Shown here in pieces: positions 1 to 12,848 of a stretch of DNA of 64,000 nucleotides (position 1 is the first letter of the stretch; the number at the start of each line of letters is the position of its first letter). The position numbers were made by a program, and so were the translations under genes. Source of the DNA: Callorhinchus milii (lineage: Eukaryota); assembly GCF_018977255.1 (NCBI RefSeq), contig NW_024704742.1, forward strand, positions 18,416,001 to 18,480,000, in the 5' to 3' direction. A model generated the notes under the pieces. It did not search any database and was not told the origin of the DNA. It was given only the letters and a program-made list of their open reading frames with translations.

Positions 1-194
1 GACACATATCCTTGAGGCAAGTCATAGTTTCAACTATTTGTGACTGGAAATGTTCAGCTTCTCAACTACTGCAGGCCTGCTTTAAGATCTGTACGCATTG
101 TTTGTAGATCATACACAGCTTTACCATCACTTTAAGGATAAGCACTTTAACCCACAAATGGTGGAAATTCTACCTCGGAATATGTATTTGTTGT

Positions 195-1290
195 TGGCAA
201 CCACTTTCGCTCTCACCTCTCCCTCCACTCCCTACTTGATCTCCTTCAATCAAGTTTCCACCCTGCCCACAGCACCAAGCCGGCGCTTGCCAAAGTCATA
301 ATTACACCTCTGTCTCTGTACCTAGGGTTCCCTCTGCTTCCTTGTCATCCTGGACCTGTCTGATGCCTTCGACATAGTTGATCATGCATCCTCCCTCGAC
401 CGCCTCTCCTCCCTCAACCACCTTAGGTAGACCTCACTCGCCTACTTACCCAACTGAAATCACTTTGTCTCCTCTCACTTTTTTTCTTCCAGCCCCTGCT
501 GGGTTACCTGTGCCATACCCCAAGGTTCCATCCTTGACCCCCTTCATTTCCTCATTTATATACTCCCTCTCAACAGTGTCATCCGTAGACATGGGGCCAA
601 CTTCCAAATGTATGTGAATAGCACCTAAATATACTCCGTCTCCGCTGTGACCCCAGGTCCACCAATGTTCTTCCTCTTGCTTGTCAGACATCAATAAGTG
701 GATGAGCTCAACTTACTGCAACTGAATGATGACAAGGTGGGAACTATACTCCTCAGCTCCTGTCAATGCTTTTTCACCTATGGCTCTGACCTCCTTAACC
801 TCCATGGCCTATCCCTCAGACTTACTGAACCTGTTTGCAAGGTTTGATTTCCAGTTATCCTTCCTACCCCACATCTAGGACCATTTTCTCCACTTCCCCA
901 CATTGCCAGCCTCCGACTTTACCTCACACCCAACACAATCAAAATCTTTATCCACACATTCGTCACCTCCCGTCTCAATTATTCCAATGCCCTCTTTGCT
1001 GGTCTCCATAGTTCCATCTTTTATAAAATCAAATTAATTTGAAATTCTGTTGCCCGGATCCTCACTCCAGACTCCACTCACATTCGTGTATAGAACACTT
1101 CGTGCCCTGCCACCTACTCCCTCTCCAACCTGCTTACACCCCAATCCACTGACTGCCTGAAGATCTTACCCTTCGACCATGCCTACAGTCACCTCCCCAC
1201 AATCCTGGCAGCATCAACCTCTGCCATAGTTATGAGCTACCCTGTGTGAAGGGCGTGACATAAATGCAAGTTGTTGTTATTATTGTTGTC
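195..1290 (+). mobile_element. Degenerate L2 fragment with tail
   Basis: Frameshifted RT remnants (LDLS.AFD, P.GS.L.P) and a (TTG/TTA)n tail. Confidence 0.8.
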
Positions 1291-2843
1291 TTTCTTATAC
1301 ATTTGTCCATTTCTATTATTTATCACGTGACAATGCAAGTTTTTTTTGCGAGGAATTAATATTCATATATGAATTTAGCCTAATCACTGTGGAAATATTA
1401 TTTCACAGATTAAAAGGTAATTTTAATAATAAAGTTATTATATAAATAAAGTCCCCTTCCCCTCTCGGGTCCTAATCCAAGACTGTTCAGCGCCTTGGGA
1501 CGTCCTCCCAAAATGAAAGGCGCTTCACAAATGTAATTTTGTATTGAATATTTTACTCTTAGAAAAATCATTTTTGCAGTATACAATGGCTAGAACTCAC
1601 TTCCATATTAGGAATGTTGCAAGTGTATAGTGCATATGCATGATCTTGTCTAAAATCACAAGATTAAGAAATGTAGCTATATATTAGGTTACTGATATAT
1701 TTTCAGGTAAAACTGAAGTTGAAGGAAATACGTCATTGTTATCTTTAACAATATAATGGTGGGGCTGAGGTAAAATGTTTAACAGCCACAAGCTTATTAA
1801 TGTGAGGTTTGTGGTTCTGGAAAATAAACGTTGAAAGAGTTAATACCTAGTCATGTTTTATTTTGGGGTATGGGCATATCAAAGGATACGCTGCTTGTGG
1901 AATGTACCATTGGAACAAGTCTCCTATTCTCTGAGCTAAGATAGATAAGATTGTAGTAGTATGAGGACCTACAGGTTTGGCCTCAGGGAGAAATTAATTC
2001 ATGGGTATACTGAAAATAATATTCTACACTTAAAGGAAATTGTTCCCCACTGTATGCTCAAACAACACTGATACATTTGGTCCTTCTTAGACAAAGCTTG
2101 AGAAATTTATCACCAAATGTAACAGCCATAAAAGTACACTTACCACAGACAAAACGGATGCATAGTAATAGCTCTAAGAAAGTAGGACTCATTGGGTGTG
2201 TGCCGACAGGGTAGAGGGGAGGAGGAGAGGATGAAAATCCATGACCTCAACCCCTCCCACCTCTATGTATCCCAGGAATACACTGTAACTGCATCTCAAG
2301 GCACTACTGTTGTGAAGGTACCTCACTGTACACCAACAGCTTCCTCCTCACTTCTGCAGTGTTAAGTAATAAATAAACCTTGCATTGGTTCTCAGAAAAA
2401 AACACTTGTGTAAGTTATTATAGATACTGATTAGGCTGTAGAACATTAACTGCTTGGCTTCCAATTGTATTAGTGTCAGAATATCAACAGAACAGGTGGG
2501 TCATAACCAATTATTTGATAACCTATTGACATTGCAGGGAGGTTAGTGTAGCTAATCAGGTTTAACAGTAATCCCCTTTGACATTGTATGATTTCTAACA
2601 TAAGCACAAGTAATTGCTTTGAAAAGTTCAGCTTGAACCATTCATAAATACATTGATGTGTGAATACTTTGTATTTGAAGACGGTACAAAGTAAAAGCTG
2701 TATGAACTGAACTTTAGATGTCAGCATCAACAGCTTTGCTAAATGTTTTATAAATAAATGGAACCTCTGAGAAAAACCTTTATGAGTTATTTGAAATAAA
2801 GTCTCACAAAAAATTCTTCTGTTGCTTGATTAATCTTTCACAG

Positions 2844-2962
2844 AAATTGATGCTGGTGAAATCCTGCAAATGTTTGGAAAGATGTTTTTTGAATTCTGCC
2901 AAGAATCTGGTTATGACACAATCCTTCGTGTTCTGGGCTCCAACGTTAGGGAGTTTTTGCAG
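2844..2962 (+). CDS. GUCY1B1: Soluble guanylate cyclase beta-1, internal exon (human exon 4 equivalent), H-NOX domain; upstream exons lie outside the window
   Basis: cag|...|gt, 119 bp; translates [39 protein letters not shown], matching the vertebrate beta-1 H-NOX sequence. Not in the ORF track. Confidence 0.97.
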
Positions 2963-3209
2963 GTAAATATGATTCTGTTTGGAGATACAATTATAAAGAT
3001 AATCATAACAAATGACTTCTCTGTGAATATTCAATGACAGTAATGTACAGAAAGCAAAAAGAAGCAAATCTGAAATAAAATGCTATGGTGAGTAAATCAT
3101 ATGCTGTTTGGTAAAAATTAACATTATAATGGCATTTCCCATTGATTATTCACACTCTAATGTTTTAAATAGAGGTCAGTTTGCCGCTGTTGGCACTTCT
3201 TGTCTAATG

Positions 3210-4060
3210 AAGTACACCACCTGCTCCCTTGACCCCACCCCCACCCCTCTCCTTACCTCCCAGCTCCATCCCCAGCTCACCCCTCTACTCTCCTTCACCA
3301 TCAATCTCTCCCTTTCATCTGGCACCATTTCCATCCCCTAAAAACAGCTACAATAACTCCCATCCTGAAAAAACTTTCCCTGCACCCATCCCTGTCTTCT
3401 AACTACCAGCCCATCTCCAACCTCCCTTTTCTTTTGAAGGTCCTTGAAAGAGTCATTGCTTCCCAGCTTCACTCATTCCTCTCCTACCACTCCCTTCACG
3501 AGCCACTCCAATTGGGTTTTCGTGCTGCTCACAGCACGGAAACTGCTCTGGTCAAGGTGACAAACGACATTTTGTCCATCTGTCACCAGGGCATCCTCTG
3601 CCTCATCGGCATCCTCGACCTCTCTGCTGCCTTCGATACTGTGGACCGCTCCATCCTCCTCCACCGCCTCTCCTCTCACCTCAACCTTTAAGGTTCTGTC
3701 CTTGAATGGTTCAGGTCTTATCTCTCACACCGCCTCCAATTTGAGCATCTTATTTGACACCTCAACTCTCCTTTCTCCCCCATATACATGCCATGACCCG
3801 CTCAGCCTTCCTCCACCTCCGCAACATTATTATTATATTATTATAACATTGCTCGACTCTGCTACTGTCTCACCCCTCAGACCGCTGAAAACCTCATACA
3901 TGCTTTCGTCACCTCAAGGTTCGACTACCTCCCTCCTTGTCAGCCTCCCCAACTCTTCCCTCCACAAGCTGCAGATCATCCGGAACTCTGCAGCTTGTGT
4001 CCTCTCCTGCATCAGACTCTGTGACCCCATCACCCCACTCGCGCCCGGCTCCCCTGGCTT
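3210..4060 (+). mobile_element. Degenerate L2 RT fragment
   Basis: KVLERVIASQL...[18 protein letters not shown]...[11 protein letters not shown]; internal deletions. Confidence 0.88.
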
Positions 4061-6930
4061 AGATCAAGTTATAACAGAATTGCCATGTGGTAATATTAAT
4101 CTTAACAGACAAAAATAAAAACAAATAAATACTGAATATTTTTACATTTACCTATGCTTGCCCTTTTTCCCCTTCTGTTTTTTTTTCGTCTCATTCATGC
4201 CCATTTTTAAAAGATTTGATTCAGTGTGATCATTTTCTACATATTTTAACACTTGTGTCTAAAACAAGTTATTTTCTTCTGCTGCTTCCTTGATCCTAAT
4301 GTTTATTTTGGAAATTAAATGCCTCTATAGAAAATAGTTTTTCAGTGGTTGAAATTTGGCTTTATAGATCTGTTTTATAGCTAATGGAAAGCTGAACTAC
4401 TGTACTAGGAAGTTGAAGCTGTGAACAAGAAAACCTGTCAGAGTTTCCCATGGAGAGATTACGAGCTGAAGAGTAAACCCATTTGTGTTGTCCTGAGAGT
4501 CAAGCCATCATTGTAATAATGTTAAATTCCTAAAACTATCAAAAGTATGTTACACTTGCATTCTGTAGTTTGGGAGTAAGTTTAAAGCAGCAGGGAGCTT
4601 AATCTTTCACTCACCAATGTTCACATCAGACGACAATAATAATACTCCTATACATACAGTGGTACATTTAATGAATAAGATCAAGTGATTTCCAGATCCT
4701 TTTAATTTCAGGATCTTGTACAAAAAGGGTTTCAGCCAGTTTGGTTGTACAGTATTCGAATATATTGTAGTAGTCCGCTAAAAGCTGGGTTCATGACTAG
4801 GAATCATTGACTGCTTAAGTCAAGAATGATTCTTTTTACGATCAAATATAACCGGACAGGGAGAAAAATTAAAGGAATAGCAGTAAAGTGAAAACAGTTC
4901 TTTTGAAAATCCTTTTTTTCCTTCTTTCCAAAGGAAAATTTCTGCCAACAAATTTGCCTCTGTTAGTTCAGATAGTTGCTATTTTATATCATATTAATCA
5001 ATTAGTATGGGGGGGCAAAAGTTACTCTTATTTTTGGATTGTGTTTCACTTAAACATAATTAAACATAAACACAAAATAGTGAAGATAATGGTAGAAAGC
5101 CCGCAAACTCTGGAAAAAGCTGGTTTGTTTTGTAGCAGGAATGCAAACCAAAGATTGATCGAATATTGTGGTTTGGAGCAACTTCAGTTCAGTCGATTAG
5201 GATGTCATCCTTTCTCATGGGAAGGAATCCAGCTTTCCTTAGCATTTTCTATCTCTTTTGGCTGTAAGAATACTGTGCAAGATGATTTGGAGGCAATCTC
5301 AATCTAACTCCTTGTGGGTACATCCACCAGAAAACTGTCATGTCTGGTTTGTTGTGGAGGATGAAAGGAATCGAATGATGGTGAATTATCACAATAACTT
5401 TTACAAACATTTGAAAAGGAAACAATATTAAAGGGTATAGCGAAAAGGCAGGGAAGTAGAACTGAACAGTAGCTCTCACAGAGAGCCAGTACAGACTTGA
5501 TAGGCTTCGGTCCTGAAAAAAGCTATGATTTCTAGACTTCTATAGCACAAGGCAGCACATAATTGAGTAAACAACTGGCTCTAAATCAAAAGGGTTACTC
5601 TAAGGACACACCATTTGGGAAGGGAAATAGTTGTACTAGTCCATCAAGGGGTTTAAACATTGGGTGAAGAAATGTATACAAAGCTTTACTCTGTGCCTAT
5701 TCCTGTGGTGATTTGTGAGTGCTGATTGCTCACAGTTAGAGATCAAACATAGATCAAACAAACTGTTCCTTTTCCAAGCATAGATGCTTCTCATCATGAT
5801 GAGCAAAACATTCATCCAAAGATAGATAAATAAAATAATTTTCTAACCTTATTTTTTAAGTTTGGGATATTTGGTAAATGATGCAAGCGATGCATTTAAT
5901 TTCTAAATCTGAACAAAGTCAGTGTGGATTGCTTCATAGAATCATGGAATTTTACAGCACAGATTTCTAAAATTTCTCTACATGTTTATATAATGTGATA
6001 ATTTACCTCCTTGGTTAATAATATTTCAGCAGAGTAATAACATCATAATATTGTAATGAGGTTTTGGAGGACCAATATTGATGTGACTTGGGAACTTACT
6101 GCCTGTTAGCGGCTTGAGGTAGTCACAATATTACATGTTGTACTTTTCAAATAAGCACCATGATAAAGTGCTTCATTAATTTGCTGATTGTAACGAATGC
6201 AGAAGAATACAAAAACTGAAATGAAATGTTAGCATAAAATCCGCTATTTAAAAGCTGTGACCCTTCAAGTGGTTGTCCCACAAAATATCTTCGCAGTCAG
6301 TTTGTTATAAATAGAAACATGGGATGTGATTGTAAAATAGCAAAAAATGCACTTGCTGGCAAAAGTACCATTTTCTGCTAAGCAGTAAATGAAGATTTAT
6401 TTCAAATAAAATTTGCAGGCGCATAGAGATTGGTAAACATTGCCAATAGCAGAAGAGTCTCAGCTTTCAATTTATTTTTCATTTTTTTTCAACAAATTAT
6501 TTTTGTTGAAAATGAATTTTTTTTAATGTTTGGTTAAAAGAAGAATTGCAAAACTTTTGGAATATAATTGCTTTTTTTTCCAAATGAACAAGAACATATT
6601 AGTTGAAGCCATGGGCTAGATTGTATAATGCATCTTACAGTTGATCTATGGTTTTGACACTGAATTTTCCTGGTGCATCTCCAGTAACAGCACATGTGAT
6701 AAGCGAGGCAACAAAGCAGTTCTTGCCAGTTTCATAAAACCCACAGTATATTTCCTTGTTACATAATGCAGTATTTTTCACAAAGATGCTAATCAATAAG
6801 GATTTTGTAATTGAACTTATATCAAACATCTATGAAAGCATACTTTATATTAACATCACTGTTTATGTAATAATAACTTTTATCATATGTTAAATTTCAG
6901 TTATAATTACAACTGATATTTTTTTTTCAG

Positions 6931-7128
6931 AACCTAGATGCTTTACATGATCACCTGGCTACAATCTACCCAGGAATGCGTGCACCATCATTTCGATGCA
7001 CAGATGCAGACAAAGGGAAAGGACTTCTCTTGCATTACTATTCGGAGAGGGAGGGTTTACAGGATATTGTAATTGGAATAATTAAGACAGTGGCACAGCA
7101 GATTCATGGCACTGAAATAGAAATGAAG
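6931..7128 (+). CDS. GUCY1B1: sGC beta-1 exon (ex5 equivalent) with haem-ligand His105 and YxSxR motif
   Basis: ttttcag|AAC...AAG|gt, 198 bp; [23 protein letters not shown]...HYYSEREG...EMK; His codon at 6946-6948. Confidence 0.98.
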
Positions 7129-7804
7129 GTAAAATTACTCTCTTTATACAGTCTTAGCAACTGAGAGTGAACATTTCATTATAATAAGCATTATGGTAAA
7201 TTATGGGTTGCACATTTTTTGTAAATGATACTATGCACGTTTGTACAACTAAAACTCCATTTGATTGAGTACAGTTATTACTGTATCAGTTTGCGTGACA
7301 ATTTATATTGAACTATCATCCTGGTCAGTTTAAGCTCACTTTTTGCAATTTGGGTTCATGCTTTAAATTGGGAAAATAGCAATTCAACTTTGTTTAGTCC
7401 CCGTGTAATTTCAGTCTCTCTGCATGTTCTGCCTTTGGCTGATCATTTACATGAATGGCTTCTTTTGCCACTTTACTGCAGTTTATTAACAGCAACCTTT
7501 GTCATTCAGTTTACAATCATGCCTTTACTGCTTCATGTTTTGGCTGTTACAATTATGTTATGCCCCCATTAAGACTGCTACAATTCATTTTAGTTGAGAC
7601 CAATTGGGCTTGGACTGCCAACATTCATACTGCAATGAAAATTACTTCAAATTACTTCACTGACAAAGTGATTATTTCCACATGTTTGCCTTCTTAAATT
7701 AAATTAATTCCAGTCTTAAATTTAATGTTGAATTGTCTGATGTGGAGGAGACTAGATGGCATTGCAGCAAACCATCTTGTCCACAATGTGGTGACTTAAC
7801 CCCA

Positions 7805-8118
7805 GTGGAGTCCTGTAGCTCATTGGTTAGAGCACTCGCTTTGCAATTGAGGGACCTGAGTTCAATTCCAGGCAGGGCGAAACCTTGGGCAAGTTTCCTA
7901 AACCCACACGCCTAATAATAATCCCTCAAAAAAAAAACATTGTGCTGCATTGGAGTGTCCCACAAACTGCTGTGCGCAATTGGCTGCCGCATTCGCCCAC
8001 AAATATACAGTCAATTCACTTTACAGTATATTCTGTGAAGAGCTTTGGGACGTCTAGAAGACGTGAAAAGCGCGATATCAAATGCAAGGATTATTATTAT
8101 TATTATTATTATATTATC
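7805..8118 (+). mobile_element. tRNA-derived SINE, variant with rearranged middle
   Basis: Same head and tail as 12530-12848 but a different central segment. Confidence 0.87.
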
Positions 8119-10980
8119 TTGAAAAGTTATCTGGAGACTTAGTGCATTAAATTTGCATTGCATTATGCAGAGCACCTTAGCGTCTAAATTCCAGTGGCTT
8201 TACCTTAAACAAGTTATAGGGTTTTCAAGTTAATCGAATGATTTTTGTTTACGTGAGAATGTTATCACCTATCAACTCTGGCATGTGAATGATTGTCTCT
8301 GGAAAGGACTGAACTGAGTGTCAAAAGAGCAACTAATCAGAAAGAAACTCCAGAGCCGGAGAACAAGGTCATTATTAGGCTCAGGCCCATGTCTAGTGTA
8401 TATTAACCCTGGTATCAATACTAATATTAACAATGATCATGAATGGAAACCATAGCAAAAATGAGTCAAGAAGGAGCAGTGGGTCAATGACCTGAAAGAT
8501 CTCTTCAATTAAGTTATTCTGAGGGAGGATGTCATGGAGCCTCAGACATATCTACTTAGTCATCAGAGGCCACATTAAATTCTGAAGAGTGCTTTGAGAT
8601 GTTCTCTCAACGTGATAGATGCTATATCAAATAAAAAGATTTTGTTTATTTGCAAATATATAGGATACAGCAAAACAATGAGTTTACTTAGAACAATCCA
8701 ATTACAACATGTATACAGTGCATTTTACATAGAAGGATGTCCCAATGGGCTTTACTGGTATGATGGACAGATACCAAATATGGTAATTGGAATTGTAAAG
8801 ATCTTGACCAAAGATATCATGAAACAGAAGCATTTAGGGGTTTTTGAAGGCATGGAGAGGTATCAAGGCATAGAAGCTTTGAAGCAGAGTTCCAGAGAGT
8901 ATGGACATGGTGACTGAAGGCTTAGTCGCTAAAGGTAGAGCAAAGAGATTGGTGAGTTTTGCCATATTTTAGCAGGACAGTGTGTCAGATTGTTGGGCTG
9001 CAAATTCATTAACGTTGATAGTTTGAGGAATAAGTTAACACTCTTGTTTTGCTGGTTAGAAAGTTTATCAACAATCAGATTCAATGCATAATCTTCCGAA
9101 AATATTAAATATTTTCTGTGTGCTTGGAGATACAGAAGAATTACAATGAATTGAAAGGGGATGTCAAGGTACAGAGTGCGCACATTGCTGATATATTGTG
9201 AATTTTAAATGTCTGTTGTGAACTGAAGTTGATGGAAGACCTGAAACCTGAAAACATTTCTTTATTTCAAACAGAAAAATATAATTAAATTTTTACATTT
9301 ATATAGCACTTTTCATGTCAGAAGGATGTCCCAAGGTGCTTTATAGTCCTGGGCTGGGAGCTGAGGGAGTGGGGAGGGGAAAGATAACTGAAAGCTCAAT
9401 CAAAGAGGTAAGTCTTGTGACCGATCTTGGAACAAGGTCAGGGAAAGAGCGAGGCATTAACTCATTGCATTTCTCTGGTGAGAGAAAAAAATGTACTACA
9501 TCAAAGTCCTCAAAAGATTTGTTATGAAGGATGCAGAGGAGAAAGGAGAGTGGTTTGACATCTTTGAAGTCGTAAGTGATGATTTATCTTGATGTTTAAA
9601 AGTATAGTAACCATGGCAATAGCGTGCTCCGATCCTGCCAATTGAGATCATTGGTGCGGCTCCTGCAGTGTGACCTGCAGGTATTACAATTCATTAGCGG
9701 GAATGAGAGAAGAAGCCTCAGTTCAGAATTTCAATTTCTTTTGTGTAATTGATTCTAGCTCATGTAACTCAAAGCTAACTACACGCCACATAACATTTTG
9801 GAGTCGGTTAACAGGTATGAGACAGAGAGTGATTCAGCTCCATATTGTTAGTTCAAGCTTGGATTACATTATACGAAGAACAGTGTAATTTATGTGTGCT
9901 TCACCCACAAAATATACGGTCATTTCACTTTGCAGTATATTTTGTGAAGTGCTTTGAGACGTCTCGAAGACGTGATACTGCGTTATACCAAATGCAAGGA
10001 TTATTATTAAATGTTTTTTAAAAAATGAGCAGTCTGACCCTGGATTCTCATCTGTTGACAGTCTAGTACGGTAACACACTTGCATTATCAAATGAGATTC
10101 ACTGTTAACTTAAAAACCTGACATTCACTGTTTAAATGATCTTACCAATTAAATATTTTTTGTTATAGAATCTATATGCACAGTTATATATTCACTTTAG
10201 CTAGAAGTTTTAAAAAAAGGCAAATATTTCTAAAGTGATAATGTACTTTAGATTTTTTAAAATTATATTTAGGAGTTTTTAAATATGTAGCCCTACTTCG
10301 TATGTGGTGATGTGGCAGTACCGTCGTTGAATAAATGTTGTGTTTATAGGATAGTAAACCTAACATGACTTTAGCTGCCATATAAAGCTAAGTGATGATG
10401 ACAAAGCTTGTGGCATTACAGTTTATGCTGCTTTTGGAATGTTGCTGTGTGAACATGGTATCTACATGAGTACTTTATGCTCATAGAGAATCCCACTCGT
10501 ACTGCCAAAGTCTGTAAATTTAATAGTCATATAAAAATCGGACACATCATCCACCAAGGTCAGTGCATTTACCAATGATCAGAAAATCACCCCAATGTGT
10601 TTCTATTACTTCCCTCTTGAATAAAATGTCTGCATTCAGTTTCACAAACTGAGAATATTTGAAAAGCATGCCCTTATTTTTCCCCCAGGATGGTTTATGA
10701 TGTTTCTTATTTTCAGTTTAAAGGTACCATGTCACTTTTAGAACATCAGTTTTAGAATATTTTACATTAGCAAATATGCCTCTATAATTTTTTTTATATA
10801 ATAAAGTTGTTAGGTTAATTGAAATACTGAACAGCTGTATTAGATTTTAAACTCATTGTGAAGGTCACTGCATTCTTCCGATTGAAGAAACAGCTGATGA
10901 AGGATCCTTAGATACTGTTGAGATTACATTTAAAAGATCAACAAATCTTGCTGATTTCTCTACTTGCTTAAACTTTTAAG

Positions 10981-11211
10981 GTGATTCAGCAGAGGACTGA
11001 AGAGTGTGATCACATTCAATTCTTGATTGAAGAGAAAGACTCAGCAGAAGAGGATTGCTCTGAAGACCAGGATCGTTTTGAAGAGAATGGTACCCAAGAG
11101 TCCAGGATCAGTCCAGACACATTTTGCAAAGCATTTCCTTTCCATATTATGTTTGATAGGGAGTTCCTGGTGACACAGTGTGGGAATGCAATATATCGTG
11201 TTCTTCCACAG
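10981..11211 (+). CDS. GUCY1B1: sGC beta-1 exon (ex6 equivalent)
   Basis: taag|GTG...CAG|gt, 231 bp; [11 protein letters not shown]...[12 protein letters not shown]...YRVLPQ. Confidence 0.97.
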
Positions 11212-12005
11212 GTAACCATCCAATAATAACCCTTTCCATTTGCATTGGTAAACTGGTAATCTCACTCACAGAATCTCTAAAACTTGCTGGTATACGTAAT
11301 GGAAAGATGTCATCTAGGTGAAGTGTCGTTCCAAGCTTAGTTAAAGCAAGTTGTTGAACCTAGTCAAGAGACCTTTGACTGATAGTATTAAAAGATAAAA
11401 TATTACCGATTACAATAAATTCAGAAGAACTAACTTATAAATTTAACAACTTCAAAGAATGTCTCCATTCCTCATCTAGAACTTTGCTTATATTTGTGCG
11501 CTTTTTTTAAATTAATTTCTCATTAATTGGATCGGATCTCGATAAGAACCACCATAACTGGATTTGCACCTGCCACTGTCAATTATGAATATAAGGACAA
11601 AAGAGTCCCAAAGGAATTTGGATGACATCCATGACCTGGTGGATGCAAGTTGATAGAACATAACAGCCAATAATTTGTAATCTCACTCACGTAGGCCCTA
11701 AAGCTTGCTGGTATACACAGTGGACAAATGCTACACTCGTGTAGGGTCATTCCAAGTTTAGATTTGAAGCAAATTGTTGGACAAATTGTTGATAGAGGGG
11801 CATTTGACTGAATGATATGAACTAAACAATAGTTTTATATTTTATGGAAAGTTTTACTTTTTCATCTTTATGCTCATTAATTAAGGATAGAATTAAAAAA
11901 AATTATCTTTTTATTTATTAACTATGGAATAGATTCATTTTCAGTGATATTGTTTCAGGTACAGTAGTGTCACATCAATTGTATTTAATTTGTTCATTGT
12001 TTTAG

Positions 12006-12122
12006 CTGCAGCCTGGAAGCTGTAACCTCTTGTCAGTTTTTTCTCTGGTTCGACCACATATTGACTTCACCTTCCATGGAATCCTCTCCCACATCAACAC
12101 AGTCTTTGTGATAAGAAGTAAG
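12006..12122 (+). CDS. GUCY1B1: sGC beta-1 exon (ex7 equivalent), PAS/H-NOXA region
   Basis: tttag|CTG...AAG|gt, 117 bp; [39 protein letters not shown]. Confidence 0.97.
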
Positions 12123-12223
12123 GTAACCTGAGTCTCTTTTTGTGCACGTAGAGCTAATTCCCACTAATGTCTAGTTCGGGATTAGTTTGGGTCATTAAAA
12201 TATGTCCTGGTGTTTCCCTCTAG

Positions 12224-12357
12224 GAAGGATTGCTGAATGTTGAAAAAGCAGAATCTGATGATGACCTGACAGGTGCTGAAATCAGCTGTTTGCGTTTGAA
12301 GGGCCAGATGATCTACCTACCTGAAGCTGACAATATCCTTTTCCTGTGCTCTCCCAG
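12224..12357 (+). CDS. GUCY1B1: sGC beta-1 exon (ex8 equivalent)
   Basis: tag|GAA...AG|gt, 134 bp, after a 101-bp intron; EGLLNVEK...[22 protein letters not shown]. Confidence 0.97.
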
Positions 12358-12529
12358 GTATGCACTTCACTTGTGAAACATCTATGTAGCGGGTTACGTT
12401 AGTGGCAATCGACAAACAGCCCAGAGGTAATTTGTGTAATTAGATTTTTTTTCTCTCAAAACAATGGTTGTTTGAACTAGAACCACAAGCTCCCATGAAG
12501 CCACGAGGCTGTTAAATACACCAACACCA

Positions 12530-12848
12530 GTGGAGTCCTGTAGCTCAGTGGTTAGAGCACTCACTTTGCAAGCGAAAGACCTGAGTTCAATTCCAGGCAG
12601 AGGGCGAAACCTTGGGCAAGTTTCCTTACTCCACACGCCTAATAATAATCCCTCCAAAACAAAAAACAATAATAAATTGGTCATTTTCAATCTACGACTG
12701 TTTGTGGGACATTGCTGTGCGCGATTGGCTGTCGCGTTCGCCCACAAATATACAGTCAATTCACTTTACAGTGTGTTCTGTGAAGCGCTTTGGGACGTCC
12801 TCCTAACGTGAAAAGCGCTAAATCAAATGCAAGGATTATTATTATTAT
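12530..12848 (+). mobile_element. tRNA-derived SINE with L2-type tail
   Basis: A box TAGCTCAGTGG, TTTGCAA anticodon-like loop (Ala-like), B box GAGTTCAATTCC, L2-like 3' stem-loop, (ATT)n end. Confidence 0.9.

Noticed and set aside
8594..8917. ORF containing NMVIGIVKI, resembling GUCY1B1 DIVIGIIKT (possible duplicated exon)
   Set aside because: The match is short, lacks His105 and YxSxR, has no matching splice sites, and overlaps a degenerate minus-strand L2 tail.
12532..12606. tRNA-Ala gene
   Set aside because: The acceptor and anticodon stems are imperfect and the sequence runs into a SINE body and tail present in three copies.
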